A stretch of DNA of 64,000 bases, taken from IMG/VR virus record IMGVR_UViG_3300022074_000004. One strand, 5' to 3'. The translations under genes and the position numbers were made by a program. Numbering within the stretch: position 1 is the stretch's first letter; the number at the start of each line of letters is the position of its first letter. Positions 7,497 through 17,048 of this stretch are shown one piece after another. The notes under the pieces were generated by a model. That model made no database searches and had not been told where the DNA came from. It saw only the letters and a program-made list of their open reading frames with translations. This stretch comes from a virus.

Positions 7497-9428
7497 ATGG
7501 CTATAAAAGTACGGGGTCAGGTTATCATCGACGATGACCAAAATGTTAGCTTGTCTGGAAGTATGTTAAAAAAGGGACATTCAGTCCCATCTTCCGTTGT
7601 AACTGCTAATGCTCCACAAACTCCTGAGGTTGGTGATTTTTGGACTGATACCACTGGAGATAGCCCTATTCTTAAAGTTTGGAATGGAACAGAATGGATG
7701 GAATTTTCATCGGGTGGTCCTTCTGGTCCAGTTGGAGCAATTGTAGAGCAGCCACAAATGACTGCATCGAATTTGAATTATGCACCTGCAACTATTACTG
7801 CAACTCCACCTGTAATGGCAAATTCATCACTTTTTAGTAGCAAGTGGTATAAAGATGGAGTAGAGCTTGAAGGTGTAGGTGGTTCTGTATACGCAGCAAC
7901 ACAACCGGGAACTTATAGATATGAGGAAACATGGGGCGACGAAGCTGGAAACATATTGAGACCAGATGTATCCATAATTCTTTTAGATCTTGATATTCAA
8001 AGACCAGTTGTTACGGCACCATCAACTCCACTTAATCCAGCATATGCATCATTTGTTGCATCAGAACCAGCAGTTGATCTAGGAGAAGTTAATACTTGGG
8101 GAAATGCTACTTGGGAAGTCTGCCAAAGCCCTGATTTTGTTGGGGGTAGTGTTCACACAGAGACAGCTCCACTGACTGCTTCTGGGATACAATCAAGTCC
8201 ATATTTTACACAATTAGATGCAGTTACTGGATATTATGTTAGAGTAAAGTATGGATCATCACTTCCAGCTGGTGTAGAGTCTGAGTTTTCTAATCCGGCT
8301 TATTTCACAACCAGCGAAAGTTACAATTCAATTCAAAGTGTTACTGCCCTTAATGAAGGAAATTCTGTAACATTTAGCATTTCTACAGATGGGGTTCCTT
8401 CTGGAACTACATTATACTATACTATAGAAGGAACAGTGAATGCTTTAGACTTTACTGATAATGCTACTCAGGGAAACTTTTCAATTCAGAATGATAGCGC
8501 ATCAGTGACAAAAACATTGCTGGAAGATGGAACGACTGAAGGCATCGAAACTTTTGTATTCAAAATTCATACCGGTAGCTATACTGGTCCCGTAGTTTAT
8601 CAGTCATCAACAGTTACTGTATATGATACGTCTAAAACAGTCTATATTGGAACTTATAAATTCAAATCTCCTAGAGGATACTCAACTACTAATGGAAACT
8701 GGACTGTGCCAGCGAATACCACTTATATTCAAGTAATGGCATGGGGTTCCGGTGGAGAGCCAGATGGATATCCAAACGGATTCCCTGGTGGTAGTGGAGG
8801 CGGTGGCGGATTTGCCCAAGCTGTTATTCCTGTAACTCCGGGTGAAAGTCTTTCGGTAGCAGTTGGTAACTCATCTAACAATGGTAGAGGTAGTAACTCT
8901 TTTGGTGGTAATGGTGGAGGATTTTCTGGTATTTTCAGAGGAAGCAATCCACTAATCATTGCTGGAGGTGGCGGCGGCGGTGCTGTTAATAATACCAATT
9001 ATGGTGGAGCAGGTGGTGGATACAGTGGCGGATCAAGCTCAGATGGTTACGGTGGAGGATCACAATCTGGACCAAGTCACAGGTATTTGCAAGGTATCGC
9101 TGGTGGAGGAGGTGGATATTACGGTGGGGATGGTGGGTCATGGAGCAATGCTGGTGGAGGAGGATCTGGATACATAGGTGCTTCAGGAAATCTCCATACA
9201 ACTATGTCCAATGGAAGTGGAAGAAGTCCTGGTGGAACCGGTCATGCAGATTATGACCAATCTTATGCTAGTTCTGGAAGACAATATGGTTACGGTGGAA
9301 GTGGTAATAATGGTGGTGATGTATCTTATGGTAGTGGTTTGCTTGTTATTCATTGTTTAAATAGCGAGTATAATCCATCAAGCAATCCTGTTCTTCCTCC
9401 TCAAAGAAATATAATAGCAACTTATTGA
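7497..9428 (+). CDS. fibre/adhesin protein with Ig/FN3-like, Calx-beta-like and C-terminal glycine-rich domains
   Basis: MAIKVRGQVIIDD N-terminus, GDFWTD module, YYVRVKY, NEGNSVTF...TEGIETF, WGSGG...GGGGGF...VTPGESLSVAVG Gly-rich domain. Confidence 0.8.
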   Translation: MAIKVRGQVIIDDDQNVSLSGSMLKKGHSVPSSVVTANAPQTPEVGDFWTDTTGDSPILKVWNGTEWMEFSSGGPSGPVGAIVEQPQMTASNLNYAPATITATPPVMANSSLFSSKWYKDGVELEGVGGSVYAATQPGTYRYEETWGDEAGNILRPDVSIILLDLDIQRPVVTAPSTPLNPAYASFVASEPAVDLGEVNTWGNATWEVCQSPDFVGGSVHTETAPLTASGIQSSPYFTQLDAVTGYYVRVKYGSSLPAGVESEFSNPAYFTTSESYNSIQSVTALNEGNSVTFSISTDGVPSGTTLYYTIEGTVNALDFTDNATQGNFSIQNDSASVTKTLLEDGTTEGIETFVFKIHTGSYTGPVVYQSSTVTVYDTSKTVYIGTYKFKSPRGYSTTNGNWTVPANTTYIQVMAWGSGGEPDGYPNGFPGGSGGGGGFAQAVIPVTPGESLSVAVGNSSNNGRGSNSFGGNGGGFSGIFRGSNPLIIAGGGGGGAVNNTNYGGAGGGYSGGSSSDGYGGGSQSGPSHRYLQGIAGGGGGYYGGDGGSWSNAGGGGSGYIGASGNLHTTMSNGSGRSPGGTGHADYDQSYASSGRQYGYGGSGNNGGDVSYGSGLLVIHCLNSEYNPSSNPVLPPQRNIIATY

Positions 9429-9434
9429 TAAATA
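9428..9434 (+). promoter_or_regulatory. late promoter box ATAAATA
   Basis: tgATAAATA overlaps the upstream stop, before GTG 9459. Confidence 0.6.
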
Positions 9435-9458
9435 ATAAAAAGTAGAAATTAAATCACC

Positions 9459-9821
9459 GTGGCAGTACCAGTAATTAATATTACTATTGAACAGGGTTCC
9501 GACTATGCTTCTTCGTTTACAATTACGAATCCAGACGGAACCCCTTTCAATATTAATCAGAACGAGGCATTTGCAGTCTTAAGAAAGACTGCTGATCGGC
9601 AACATGCTATTAGTGGAGTAACGAGTGAATATGTCTTTACAACTGCGATTGATCCTGATGATGGGCAAATTATACTTTCAATGACAAATACATTGACATC
9701 AACTATTCCTTCTGGCAGATACTATTATGATATTGTGATTGTTGATATTAATGATGGATATAGAAGTCGCGTCATTCAAGGAATGGCAATGGTCACTCCT
9801 GGGGTAACTTTGTCAACATAA
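9459..9821 (+). CDS. small virion structural protein, BppU N-terminal-like
   Basis: NITIEQGSD...DGTP.N...G.I.LS.T...T..I..GRYYYD...RV.QG...V.PGVT pattern. Confidence 0.7.
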   Translation: MAVPVINITIEQGSDYASSFTITNPDGTPFNINQNEAFAVLRKTADRQHAISGVTSEYVFTTAIDPDDGQIILSMTNTLTSTIPSGRYYYDIVIVDINDGYRSRVIQGMAMVTPGVTLST

Positions 9822-9824
9822 ATA
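9818..9824 (+). promoter_or_regulatory. late promoter box ATAAATA
   Basis: Contains the TAA stop of the upstream gene; 22 nt before ATG 9847. Confidence 0.6.
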
Positions 9825-9846
9825 TTTAAGAAGCTTCTCATCTACT

Positions 9847-10248
9847 ATGGCAGACTATAAAGTCAAGATGAATTCTTATAATGTTAGATTGAATTCTAAC
9901 CAAACTCATGATGTAGAATCCTCTGCAGGTCAGAATGAGGATAACAATGAGGTTGAATATAAGTCAAAGATGAATTCTTATAATGTGAAGCTGAGTACTA
10001 GTGCTCCACATAAGGCTTCGCAGCAAGTTAATTCACATTCTCTTCTTTCAAATTTGTCTGATGTTGAGACACCTGATTTAGGAGCTCTGGATCCAAATGA
10101 TGAAAATGTTTTGGCATATGATCCAGAAACTAATAGATACAAAGTAGTTTCAATTGATAATATAATAGCAGAATCTATTGAAGACGAAGTTATAGAGATA
10201 GTTCAAAATAATCTTAATATTGATGTAATTGATGCTGGGGAGTTTTAA
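9847..10248 (+). CDS. short fibre connector protein ending IDAGEF
   Basis: LSNLSDV...VLAYD fibre motif; C-terminal DAGEF. Confidence 0.7.
   Translation: MADYKVKMNSYNVRLNSNQTHDVESSAGQNEDNNEVEYKSKMNSYNVKLSTSAPHKASQQVNSHSLLSNLSDVETPDLGALDPNDENVLAYDPETNRYKVVSIDNIIAESIEDEVIEIVQNNLNIDVIDAGEF
9865..9986 (+). repeat. exact 20-bp direct repeat AAGATGAATTCTTATAATGT (9865-9884 and 9967-9986)
   Basis: Seen directly; encodes KMNSYNV twice, 102 bp apart. Confidence 0.9.
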
Positions 10249-10267
10249 ATACTCCAGTAAAAGTTGC

Positions 10268-10274
10268 CTAAATA
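10268..10274 (+). promoter_or_regulatory. late promoter box CTAAATA
   Basis: Intergenic, 25 nt before ATG 10300. Confidence 0.55.
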
Positions 10275-10299
10275 TCAATGAATATTATTTGAGGAATAT

Positions 10300-13011
10300 A
10301 TGACTGCACCAATTATTCTAATCAAGAGGGGTGCTTCTGATCGTCTTCCTGGTCTTCGGGGAGGGGAACCCGGCTTCACAACTGATAAGTATGATTTTTA
10401 TGTTGGATTAAATTCTACAACACAAGACAATCAATTTATTGGATCTGGTAGATATTGGGGGCAAGAAGATGGGACAGAAGCCCTTTCACTTAAATTAGTC
10501 GATAAGGATGGATTAAATAGTATTAATATTAAAAGTCCAGACACCTTAACAGGAATTACAACGTATACTTTCCCTGCTTCTCCAGAACAGGATAAGGTTT
10601 TATCAACCGATGTAGATGGAAATCTATTCTGGAAAGAGGATGGGGGAAGTGGAGAGAAAATTGTTTTAGGAAATCCTTCCGATGGCAGCTACAGTGAAGG
10701 TGCCATTGGTATTAATAGTGAGACAAAGGTTGTTGATAGTATTGACAGCTTAAATGAACTTGCTCTTAATATGCTGAAGGGAACTGCGGTTTCTGCTCTT
10801 GACTTTACCTCAGATAAGACATCTGGCGGATCGCCACTTACGGTGACTTTAACTCCAACTGTTGTTGGAACCGCTGATTCATATCAGGTTGATTGGGGGG
10901 ATGGTACAGTCGATTCCAATTTGACCCACACATATGTGGATCCTACTGGTGGTCAATTTGATGTTTCTATAATTGCCACGAATACGAGTGCTATTGCGAA
11001 CTCTGCTGGAAGCACCTCAGAAGCGACCAAAGAAGATTATATTACTCTATTCACTCCAGATCCAGCAGTAGGTTTTGGTGCATTTTCTGCCGCTTCTGGG
11101 GGATCTGCATTAGATAACTCTCAGCTTTTTGTAATTGAAGGCCAATCAATTTATATTGAGAATACAACAACAAATACCTCAAATGCAGATGTAACTTATA
11201 CGGTAACTTGGGGTGATGGTAACACTGATTCTGTCGCTGATGATGATGCAGCAGGTGGTGTGAATGGGGGTAGACTTGAGCATACTTGGGCAGATGGTAG
11301 CAATACTGGTGCAGGTATGGATACTCTGGAATTTGAATTGACTTCTCATAGCACTTCTGATCCAGATATTCTTCCAGTATCAATTCAGGTTCCAATTAAG
11401 GTTTATGATGATTCTCCAGTTGACCCAGATGGATTGGATTCAAAGACTTTAACAGAAATTCCAAGTGTGGGTGAATCTCCAAAACTTGCTGCTGAGTTCT
11501 CTGATAATACAACTGGAACCACTTTATCTGCTGGAGATAGTGTTAATCGTGTAAGTGGTGGTAATATTGAATCCACTGCGATAGATTCATTTGCATTTAC
11601 TAGTGATGGTGGAACACTTACCGCAAGTGTTAATGGAACCGCTGATGGTTCTGTTAACTTTACAACTGCAGGTGACGAGAGTGGAACTTATGCCAGTTTA
11701 ATTGTCACAGAGGAAAGTGATTATCAATTACTGGATACCGCAGGTAGCCCAACAACATTTGAATCTAGTATTTACTATCCAGGTCTTCATAAAGGATTTA
11801 AGGCAAAGATCTTTAAGCCAGCAGCAGATATTCTGGAAGGTGTAAATGACTTCCAACTTCAACACAGTACAGATGGTAGTACAAATGTTGTTGAATTTGT
11901 TAAAGATGACTTAACCTCTAAGCCATCTAGTGGTGTTGCCTCCGCATCTATTGCAGAAACCACATCCAATTTACGTTATATCTCTGGTATTCCTCATTAC
12001 GATTCCGGCTCTGAATTAACTTTGTCTGGAGTGAAGATTAGTAATTTAGTTGGTCAATGTTATACAGATAGAGGAGATATTGTAGAAGTTCAGAGTGATG
12101 AAGGTGTTGTTGATAACTTAGAATATACTTATCTTGAAATTGATGGTGCAACATCAATGTTGAGTGGTGGATTTCCAAAGGCAGATACTGGAGTTGGTGG
12201 GCCATATTCATTGGGGACATTGACTGTTCCTGTTACTTCTGGTGATGTGCGGAGTGAAGGAACCATTAAAGTTCGTGCAAAAAATGTTAATGGTGTTGGA
12301 AACTTTAGTAATAGTGTTTCTAAAGTTCTCAATGTCCATACTGCAGATCAATCTGGTATTAGCGAGATTGCAATTCCTGTAGCAGATTCTCTTGGTGACG
12401 GAACTTACACTGATGATGGTATTCGGGTATTTGACTTTAGTTTAGAATCTACAGATACTCCTTCATACTCTGTAGTTAACTTCTATACTAATGATGTGTA
12501 TTCAGAAACTTCTGATCCAGGAGTTGAAGGGACTTCAGAATCATCTATTCGTTTTGGACAAATCATTCATGATGTAAATGATTACAGTGATTATCTTCCT
12601 GTTGGGCCTGATAGAAGTTTGGATACTGGAACTCAATATTTCACATTTGCTTTCCGAAGAAAGTCAGTTGCAAATTTTGATATCAACATAACAAGTAGTG
12701 GAATTAGTGGTCTTTGGATTGCTGCTCCTGGAACTAGTATAGATAGTACAAGTGGTTTAAATGGATGGTTAAGTTCAAGTGATAAGTACGAAGGTATTGG
12801 TGTTCCTGGTAGTGGAACAGGTGGTAATGGCAGCGACGGTTGCGCTATTATGGACTCTGATATGATTGTGGCAGATACTTCCTTAAGTGGTGGTTATACG
12901 ATGACCTTGGGTGGAGAAAACACAAGTAACTCTACGGATAATGTTGTTCTTGTTCGTATTGCATTGGCAACAGGACAATCTATTTCATCACTTAGCATCA
13001 CGGAGGATTGA
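10300..13011 (+). CDS. virion structural/fibre protein with PKD-like domains
   Basis: N-terminal IILIKRG..LPGL..GEPGFTTD; two PKD-like WGDG motifs (YQVDWGDGT, YTVTWGDGN); acidic, S/T/G-rich. Confidence 0.8.
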   Translation: MTAPIILIKRGASDRLPGLRGGEPGFTTDKYDFYVGLNSTTQDNQFIGSGRYWGQEDGTEALSLKLVDKDGLNSINIKSPDTLTGITTYTFPASPEQDKVLSTDVDGNLFWKEDGGSGEKIVLGNPSDGSYSEGAIGINSETKVVDSIDSLNELALNMLKGTAVSALDFTSDKTSGGSPLTVTLTPTVVGTADSYQVDWGDGTVDSNLTHTYVDPTGGQFDVSIIATNTSAIANSAGSTSEATKEDYITLFTPDPAVGFGAFSAASGGSALDNSQLFVIEGQSIYIENTTTNTSNADVTYTVTWGDGNTDSVADDDAAGGVNGGRLEHTWADGSNTGAGMDTLEFELTSHSTSDPDILPVSIQVPIKVYDDSPVDPDGLDSKTLTEIPSVGESPKLAAEFSDNTTGTTLSAGDSVNRVSGGNIESTAIDSFAFTSDGGTLTASVNGTADGSVNFTTAGDESGTYASLIVTEESDYQLLDTAGSPTTFESSIYYPGLHKGFKAKIFKPAADILEGVNDFQLQHSTDGSTNVVEFVKDDLTSKPSSGVASASIAETTSNLRYISGIPHYDSGSELTLSGVKISNLVGQCYTDRGDIVEVQSDEGVVDNLEYTYLEIDGATSMLSGGFPKADTGVGGPYSLGTLTVPVTSGDVRSEGTIKVRAKNVNGVGNFSNSVSKVLNVHTADQSGISEIAIPVADSLGDGTYTDDGIRVFDFSLESTDTPSYSVVNFYTNDVYSETSDPGVEGTSESSIRFGQIIHDVNDYSDYLPVGPDRSLDTGTQYFTFAFRRKSVANFDINITSSGISGLWIAAPGTSIDSTSGLNGWLSSSDKYEGIGVPGSGTGGNGSDGCAIMDSDMIVADTSLSGGYTMTLGGENTSNSTDNVVLVRIALATGQSISSLSITED

Positions 13012-13016
13012 AGATA

Positions 13017-14951
13017 ATGGCTATTCTACAAGAGCAAAAGGTTGATTACCTTTGGAAGAAAATTGGTTTTGGCGTCACAAAGTCTGACGTAAATTCTAAA
13101 AAGTTTGCTTTCAACGAATCAATTGCAAGTCCTCTTTTGATGAGAGGTGATAAAATCTGGGCAGAGTCTGATTTAATCCCTGCTACAATTCCAGCATCAA
13201 CACCTGCTGAGGGTGTGGTCACTGTTTATGCCGGTGCGGATGCAGTAGAGTGTGTTAATGATGCTACAGCATCCCCTAATCGAACATGGAAAACAGACAT
13301 CGTTGATTGGATTCCAACTCAAATGGGATCTACTTATCTTGTCAAAGTCTATGTGCATGATGAGAATGATGCCGCGAATGCAGTATCAAATGGAACTAAG
13401 CTGACTGCTGCTGGTTCAGGTAATGATGATGAGTGGTTCTTTGATTATCAATCAGGGGTACTTCATTTTATTGGAGAAAATCTGCCAAACGGTGTCGATT
13501 TCACCAATAAAAGCATTTATATCACGGGTGCAGTTTATAGTGGAAGATTTGGTGCTGGTAGTGCGATCTCACTAGATGCTAATACATCCATTAATACTAC
13601 AGGTGTTATTACTGCGTCATCTTTTAGTGGTGATGGCTCAGGAATTACGGATCTCAATGCATCAAACCTTATTGGGTCTCTCCCCGCAATCAATGGATCA
13701 CTTCTCCTGTCTTTGAATTCTTCTGAGCTGGTTGGTCCTCTTCCTTCTATTGATGGTTCAGCATTGACTGGTATTGTTACATCAATAACTGCAGGAAATA
13801 ATATTCAAATTTTAGAATCTCCATCTGGAAATTTCATTATTTCATCTACAGATGCAGATACCACGACAATTCAAGATGCTACAGATCTTTCTGGAACTCT
13901 ATCTTCTAATGATTTCCTGATGTTTAATGGGTCGGATTTTATCCCCAAACAGCTAGAACCCATTGCTTTTACTGCTGATTATGCTGATTTAACAGGTACT
14001 CCAGTATTAGCAGGAGTTGCAACCTCTGGAGATTATAGTGATTTAACTGGAACTCCTGTCTTGTCTACAGTTGCAACCTCTGGAGATTACAATGATCTTC
14101 TGAATTTACCAACTTTATTTGATGATACAGCAACAGTAAGTTTCACTGATACTACAGATAACACTCTGGGGAATGTCAATACGGGTGCTGTTCAAATTGA
14201 TGGTGGACTTGGTGTTGAGAAAAATGCTACAATTGGTGGTGGTTTAAGAGTTCAGGGACAATCCTATTTTGTTGGTGTTGCAACTTTCTTCGGAGGTATT
14301 GTAAACCTCCAGGGTGATGTTAATCTTGGAGATGATTCATCAGATAATATTCATGTCGGTGGTGATTTTATTTCTGGATTGAAGCCAGATACTTCTGATA
14401 GCTTTGATCTTGGTATGAATTCTCAGAAGTGGAGAAATCTTTTCCTTTCTGGTTACATTACTACAGATGAAATTCGTCATCCAAATGGAACACCTGCCGC
14501 AACTATTGTTGACAATGGCAATGTTGTAATTGAAGAAAGTCTTACTGTTAATGGGGATTTATTAGTCACTGGTACAAGCACACAAGTCAATACATCTCAA
14601 CTTGAAGTTGAAGATAGAACTATTGAACTTGGTATTGTTGATGGTAGTGTTCCCAGTTCAACTACTACTTGGGATCTTGGTGTTCTATTTAATTATCATG
14701 ATGGAACATCTGCTAAGAAATCTGCTGTTGCATGGGAACAATCTAGGGAAAGATTTGTTTTCGCCCATGACGTAGATGATGGTGGCGGTATTGGTGTTGA
14801 TAATCCGCAATTGACTATTAATGATTATGCTTCTATTGAAGTTGGATCTTTGTGGATTGGCGGATGTACAGGTCAACCAGAGGAAGTCATAAGTTGTGAT
14901 AGTGGACAAATTACTATGAATAGTGTTATGATAGATGCAGGATTCTTCTAA
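13017..14951 (+). CDS. virion structural/tail fibre protein ending IDAGFF
   Basis: GGAGG RBS at 13002; QKVDYLWKKIG N-terminus; fibre motifs (FSGDGSGIT, TGAVQIDGGLGV, DLG..SQKWR). Confidence 0.8.
   Translation: MAILQEQKVDYLWKKIGFGVTKSDVNSKKFAFNESIASPLLMRGDKIWAESDLIPATIPASTPAEGVVTVYAGADAVECVNDATASPNRTWKTDIVDWIPTQMGSTYLVKVYVHDENDAANAVSNGTKLTAAGSGNDDEWFFDYQSGVLHFIGENLPNGVDFTNKSIYITGAVYSGRFGAGSAISLDANTSINTTGVITASSFSGDGSGITDLNASNLIGSLPAINGSLLLSLNSSELVGPLPSIDGSALTGIVTSITAGNNIQILESPSGNFIISSTDADTTTIQDATDLSGTLSSNDFLMFNGSDFIPKQLEPIAFTADYADLTGTPVLAGVATSGDYSDLTGTPVLSTVATSGDYNDLLNLPTLFDDTATVSFTDTTDNTLGNVNTGAVQIDGGLGVEKNATIGGGLRVQGQSYFVGVATFFGGIVNLQGDVNLGDDSSDNIHVGGDFISGLKPDTSDSFDLGMNSQKWRNLFLSGYITTDEIRHPNGTPAATIVDNGNVVIEESLTVNGDLLVTGTSTQVNTSQLEVEDRTIELGIVDGSVPSSTTTWDLGVLFNYHDGTSAKKSAVAWEQSRERFVFAHDVDDGGGIGVDNPQLTINDYASIEVGSLWIGGCTGQPEEVISCDSGQITMNSVMIDAGFF
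13977..14110 (+). repeat. 54-bp (18-aa) tandem repeat, about 2.5 copies (DY.DLTGTPVL..VATSG)
   Basis: GATTA units at 13977, 14031 and 14085. Confidence 0.85.
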
Positions 14952-14956
14952 AAAAT

Positions 14957-15142
14957 ATGAACGAAACAGAATACGCCTCAATTATTTCTACATATCAGCA
15001 GAAAGCATTTGAGCTTTTTAATCAGAATATTGTTTATCAAGCTCAAATTGCTTCTTTGCAGAAACAGATTGCAGAATTGACTGCTAAGATACAAGGTATG
15101 AATGAGCATCAAGAACAAAATCACGAACACCACCATGGATGA
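14957..15142 (+). CDS. small coiled-coil protein with His-rich tail
   Basis: 61 aa; heptads IASLQKQIAELTAKI; ends HEHHHG. Confidence 0.7.
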   Translation: MNETEYASIISTYQQKAFELFNQNIVYQAQIASLQKQIAELTAKIQGMNEHQEQNHEHHHG

Positions 15143-15263
15143 CGGAACTTGGTATACTAGATTTGTCTGCCTCGAATCAAAATTAGAGTTGGCAAATAAT
15201 AGGATCAGAGAACTAGAAAAGTTAGTTGATGATTTAAATAAAAAACTTGCTAATTTAGAGTAA
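15135..15263 (+). CDS. small coiled-coil protein (not in ORF track)
   Basis: Manual translation MDDGTWYTRFVCLESKLELANNRIRELEKLVDDLNKKLANLE*; fills the intergenic gap; alternative ATG at 15102. Confidence 0.6.
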   Translation: MDDGTWYTRFVCLESKLELANNRIRELEKLVDDLNKKLANLE

Positions 15264-15293
15264 ATGCCTTAAAATAGGGTATGTTTACGGTGA

Positions 15294-15300
15294 ATAAATA
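15294..15300 (+). promoter_or_regulatory. late promoter box ATAAATA
   Basis: Intergenic, 66 nt before ATG 15367. Confidence 0.65.
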
Positions 15301-15307
15301 AATGAAA

Positions 15308-15348
15308 TCCAATATATATTGGAATTTGAATCTTAAGAGTATATACTC
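15308..15348. promoter_or_regulatory. twin perfect palindromes TCCAATATATATTGGA (15308-15323) and GAGTATATACTC (15337-15348)
   Basis: Both are exact reverse-complement palindromes in the leader of gene 15367; function inferred only. Confidence 0.6.
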
Positions 15349-15366
15349 GTACATGGGGTTTTTTGA

Positions 15367-16986
15367 ATGACAAATCCGGTTATTAAGTTTAAGCGTTCTG
15401 CTGTGCCTGGAAAAAGGCCAACACAGAACCAGCTTCCCACGGGGGAGCTCGCCTTAAATACATTTGATGGCCAATTATTTACCCAAGTAAATACTGGTAA
15501 TACTGGCATTGGATCAACTGTAATATCCCTTACTCCTTGGAAGGAGATGTTTGGGGAAGGTGCTATTTTCTATCAACATAATGTTGGGATTGGATCTAAC
15601 AATCCAACAGAAAAGTTGACTGTCGATGGTAACGCAAGTATCACCCAAGACTTAATTGTTGGTGGGAGTATAATAGGCAGTGGAGCATCTCTTACTGATA
15701 TTGTTAAGGACATTACTCCTGGATTAGGAATTAGTATATCTTCCAACGGCGATGGAAGTTTTACTATCAGTTCTAGTCTTCCAGAGACTTCTTCAATATA
15801 CACGGAATATGATGGGAAAGCAGAGATCCGTGCTAATACTGAAATTAGAGGGGATCTGGAAGTAAAAGATGATACGGAGATTGATGGAAGTTTAGAGGTA
15901 GATGGATTTGCCGACTTCCATAATGATGTTCGTATTCTTGGGAAGTTAGAAATATTAAATGAGGTAGAAGTTGATACCATCATAGGAGATGGGTCTGGCT
16001 TATCGGGAGTTGTTACTGATATTATTGGTGGCAATGGTATTACTATTACTGATACTGATGGTGTTTATACCATTAATGCGACTGGCATTGGAACCGGAAC
16101 AGGTGGTGGCACATTCATTTCAGAAACTGATACCTTAGATACAGTCACCGATAGGGGAAGTAGTACAGATAATACAATCAATCTGGGTGGCCTAAATGTT
16201 TTTGGCACTAGCAATTTTGATGGCAATACTTATTTTCAGGGACCAGTATATGCTGGAGTAACGGGGCAGGGATCTTTTGGAGAAAATAATCAGGTCTTAA
16301 TTTCTACTGGAAATGGTGTTGCTTGGAAAACAATCACTGGATTGACTGCAGAACTCCCTTCATCAGATATTGCTGATGCAAATTTTTTCAGAGAAATTAA
16401 AAAGTTTTCTGCAACTGAGGGACAAAGATATATTTTTACACAATATCATCCAGAATATCTAGATATTTTTGTCAATGGAGTAAAGCTTTGGGATACGGAA
16501 TATATTGCAAATGATGGGTCATCAATTCTTTTTACTGAAAGTTTGTTTGCAGATGATAGAATAGAAATTCATTCACACCATCCAATATCTGACTGGGTGC
16601 AGAGTGTAGAGAATACTGATCTTACTATTTTACGGGATACTTACACATTTCTTGCAACTTCTGGCTTATCGTTGTATAATGTACATCACAGGGTTGGATT
16701 TATTGACATCTTTGTAAACGGTGTAAGATTAAACGGAACAGAATTCAATTCAATTAATGGTGAAACAATTATATTTAATGAACCACTATTTGGTGGAGAG
16801 ATTGTTGATATTCATGTTTATAATCGTTTTTCTTCTTTGATTTCAAGTTCATCCAAGATGATTGATAATCCTCCTGTGACTTCCAGTGACGTTGGAATTC
16901 CTGGTCAGACTGCTTATGATTCTGATTACTTATATGTATGTACGTCGCAAAATAACTGGAAAAGAGTGACTTTAGAAGACTGGTAG
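15367..16986 (+). CDS. tail fibre protein with T4 gp37-like N-terminus
   Basis: VIKFKRSAVPGKRP....L.TGELALNTFDG; two ATEGQ...DIFVNGV(K/R)L domains; C-terminal G.PGQTAYDSDYLYVC...WKRV. Confidence 0.82.
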   Translation: MTNPVIKFKRSAVPGKRPTQNQLPTGELALNTFDGQLFTQVNTGNTGIGSTVISLTPWKEMFGEGAIFYQHNVGIGSNNPTEKLTVDGNASITQDLIVGGSIIGSGASLTDIVKDITPGLGISISSNGDGSFTISSSLPETSSIYTEYDGKAEIRANTEIRGDLEVKDDTEIDGSLEVDGFADFHNDVRILGKLEILNEVEVDTIIGDGSGLSGVVTDIIGGNGITITDTDGVYTINATGIGTGTGGGTFISETDTLDTVTDRGSSTDNTINLGGLNVFGTSNFDGNTYFQGPVYAGVTGQGSFGENNQVLISTGNGVAWKTITGLTAELPSSDIADANFFREIKKFSATEGQRYIFTQYHPEYLDIFVNGVKLWDTEYIANDGSSILFTESLFADDRIEIHSHHPISDWVQSVENTDLTILRDTYTFLATSGLSLYNVHHRVGFIDIFVNGVRLNGTEFNSINGETIIFNEPLFGGEIVDIHVYNRFSSLISSSSKMIDNPPVTSSDVGIPGQTAYDSDYLYVCTSQNNWKRVTLEDW

Positions 16987-16991
16987 ATTTT

Positions 16992-16998
16992 CTAAATA
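16992..16998 (+). promoter_or_regulatory. late promoter box CTAAATA
   Basis: About 100 nt before ATG 17098. Confidence 0.65.
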
Positions 16999-16999
16999 A

Positions 17000-17048
17000 T
17001 AGTGTCGAGTCCTAGTGCCAGATTTGATCCCTGGTGCGAAGACGGCTA
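17000..17048 (+). ncRNA. candidate structured 5' leader RNA
   Basis: GC-rich island in an AT-rich intergenic region; stem GUGCCAG/CUGGUGC with outer GUC/GAC pairing. Confidence 0.35.

Noticed and set aside
17000-17048. Assignment of the leader to the cyanophage wcaG RNA motif or a tRNA
   Set aside because: Only one UGGUG is present and there is no cloverleaf or T-loop; a family cannot be supported without a covariance search
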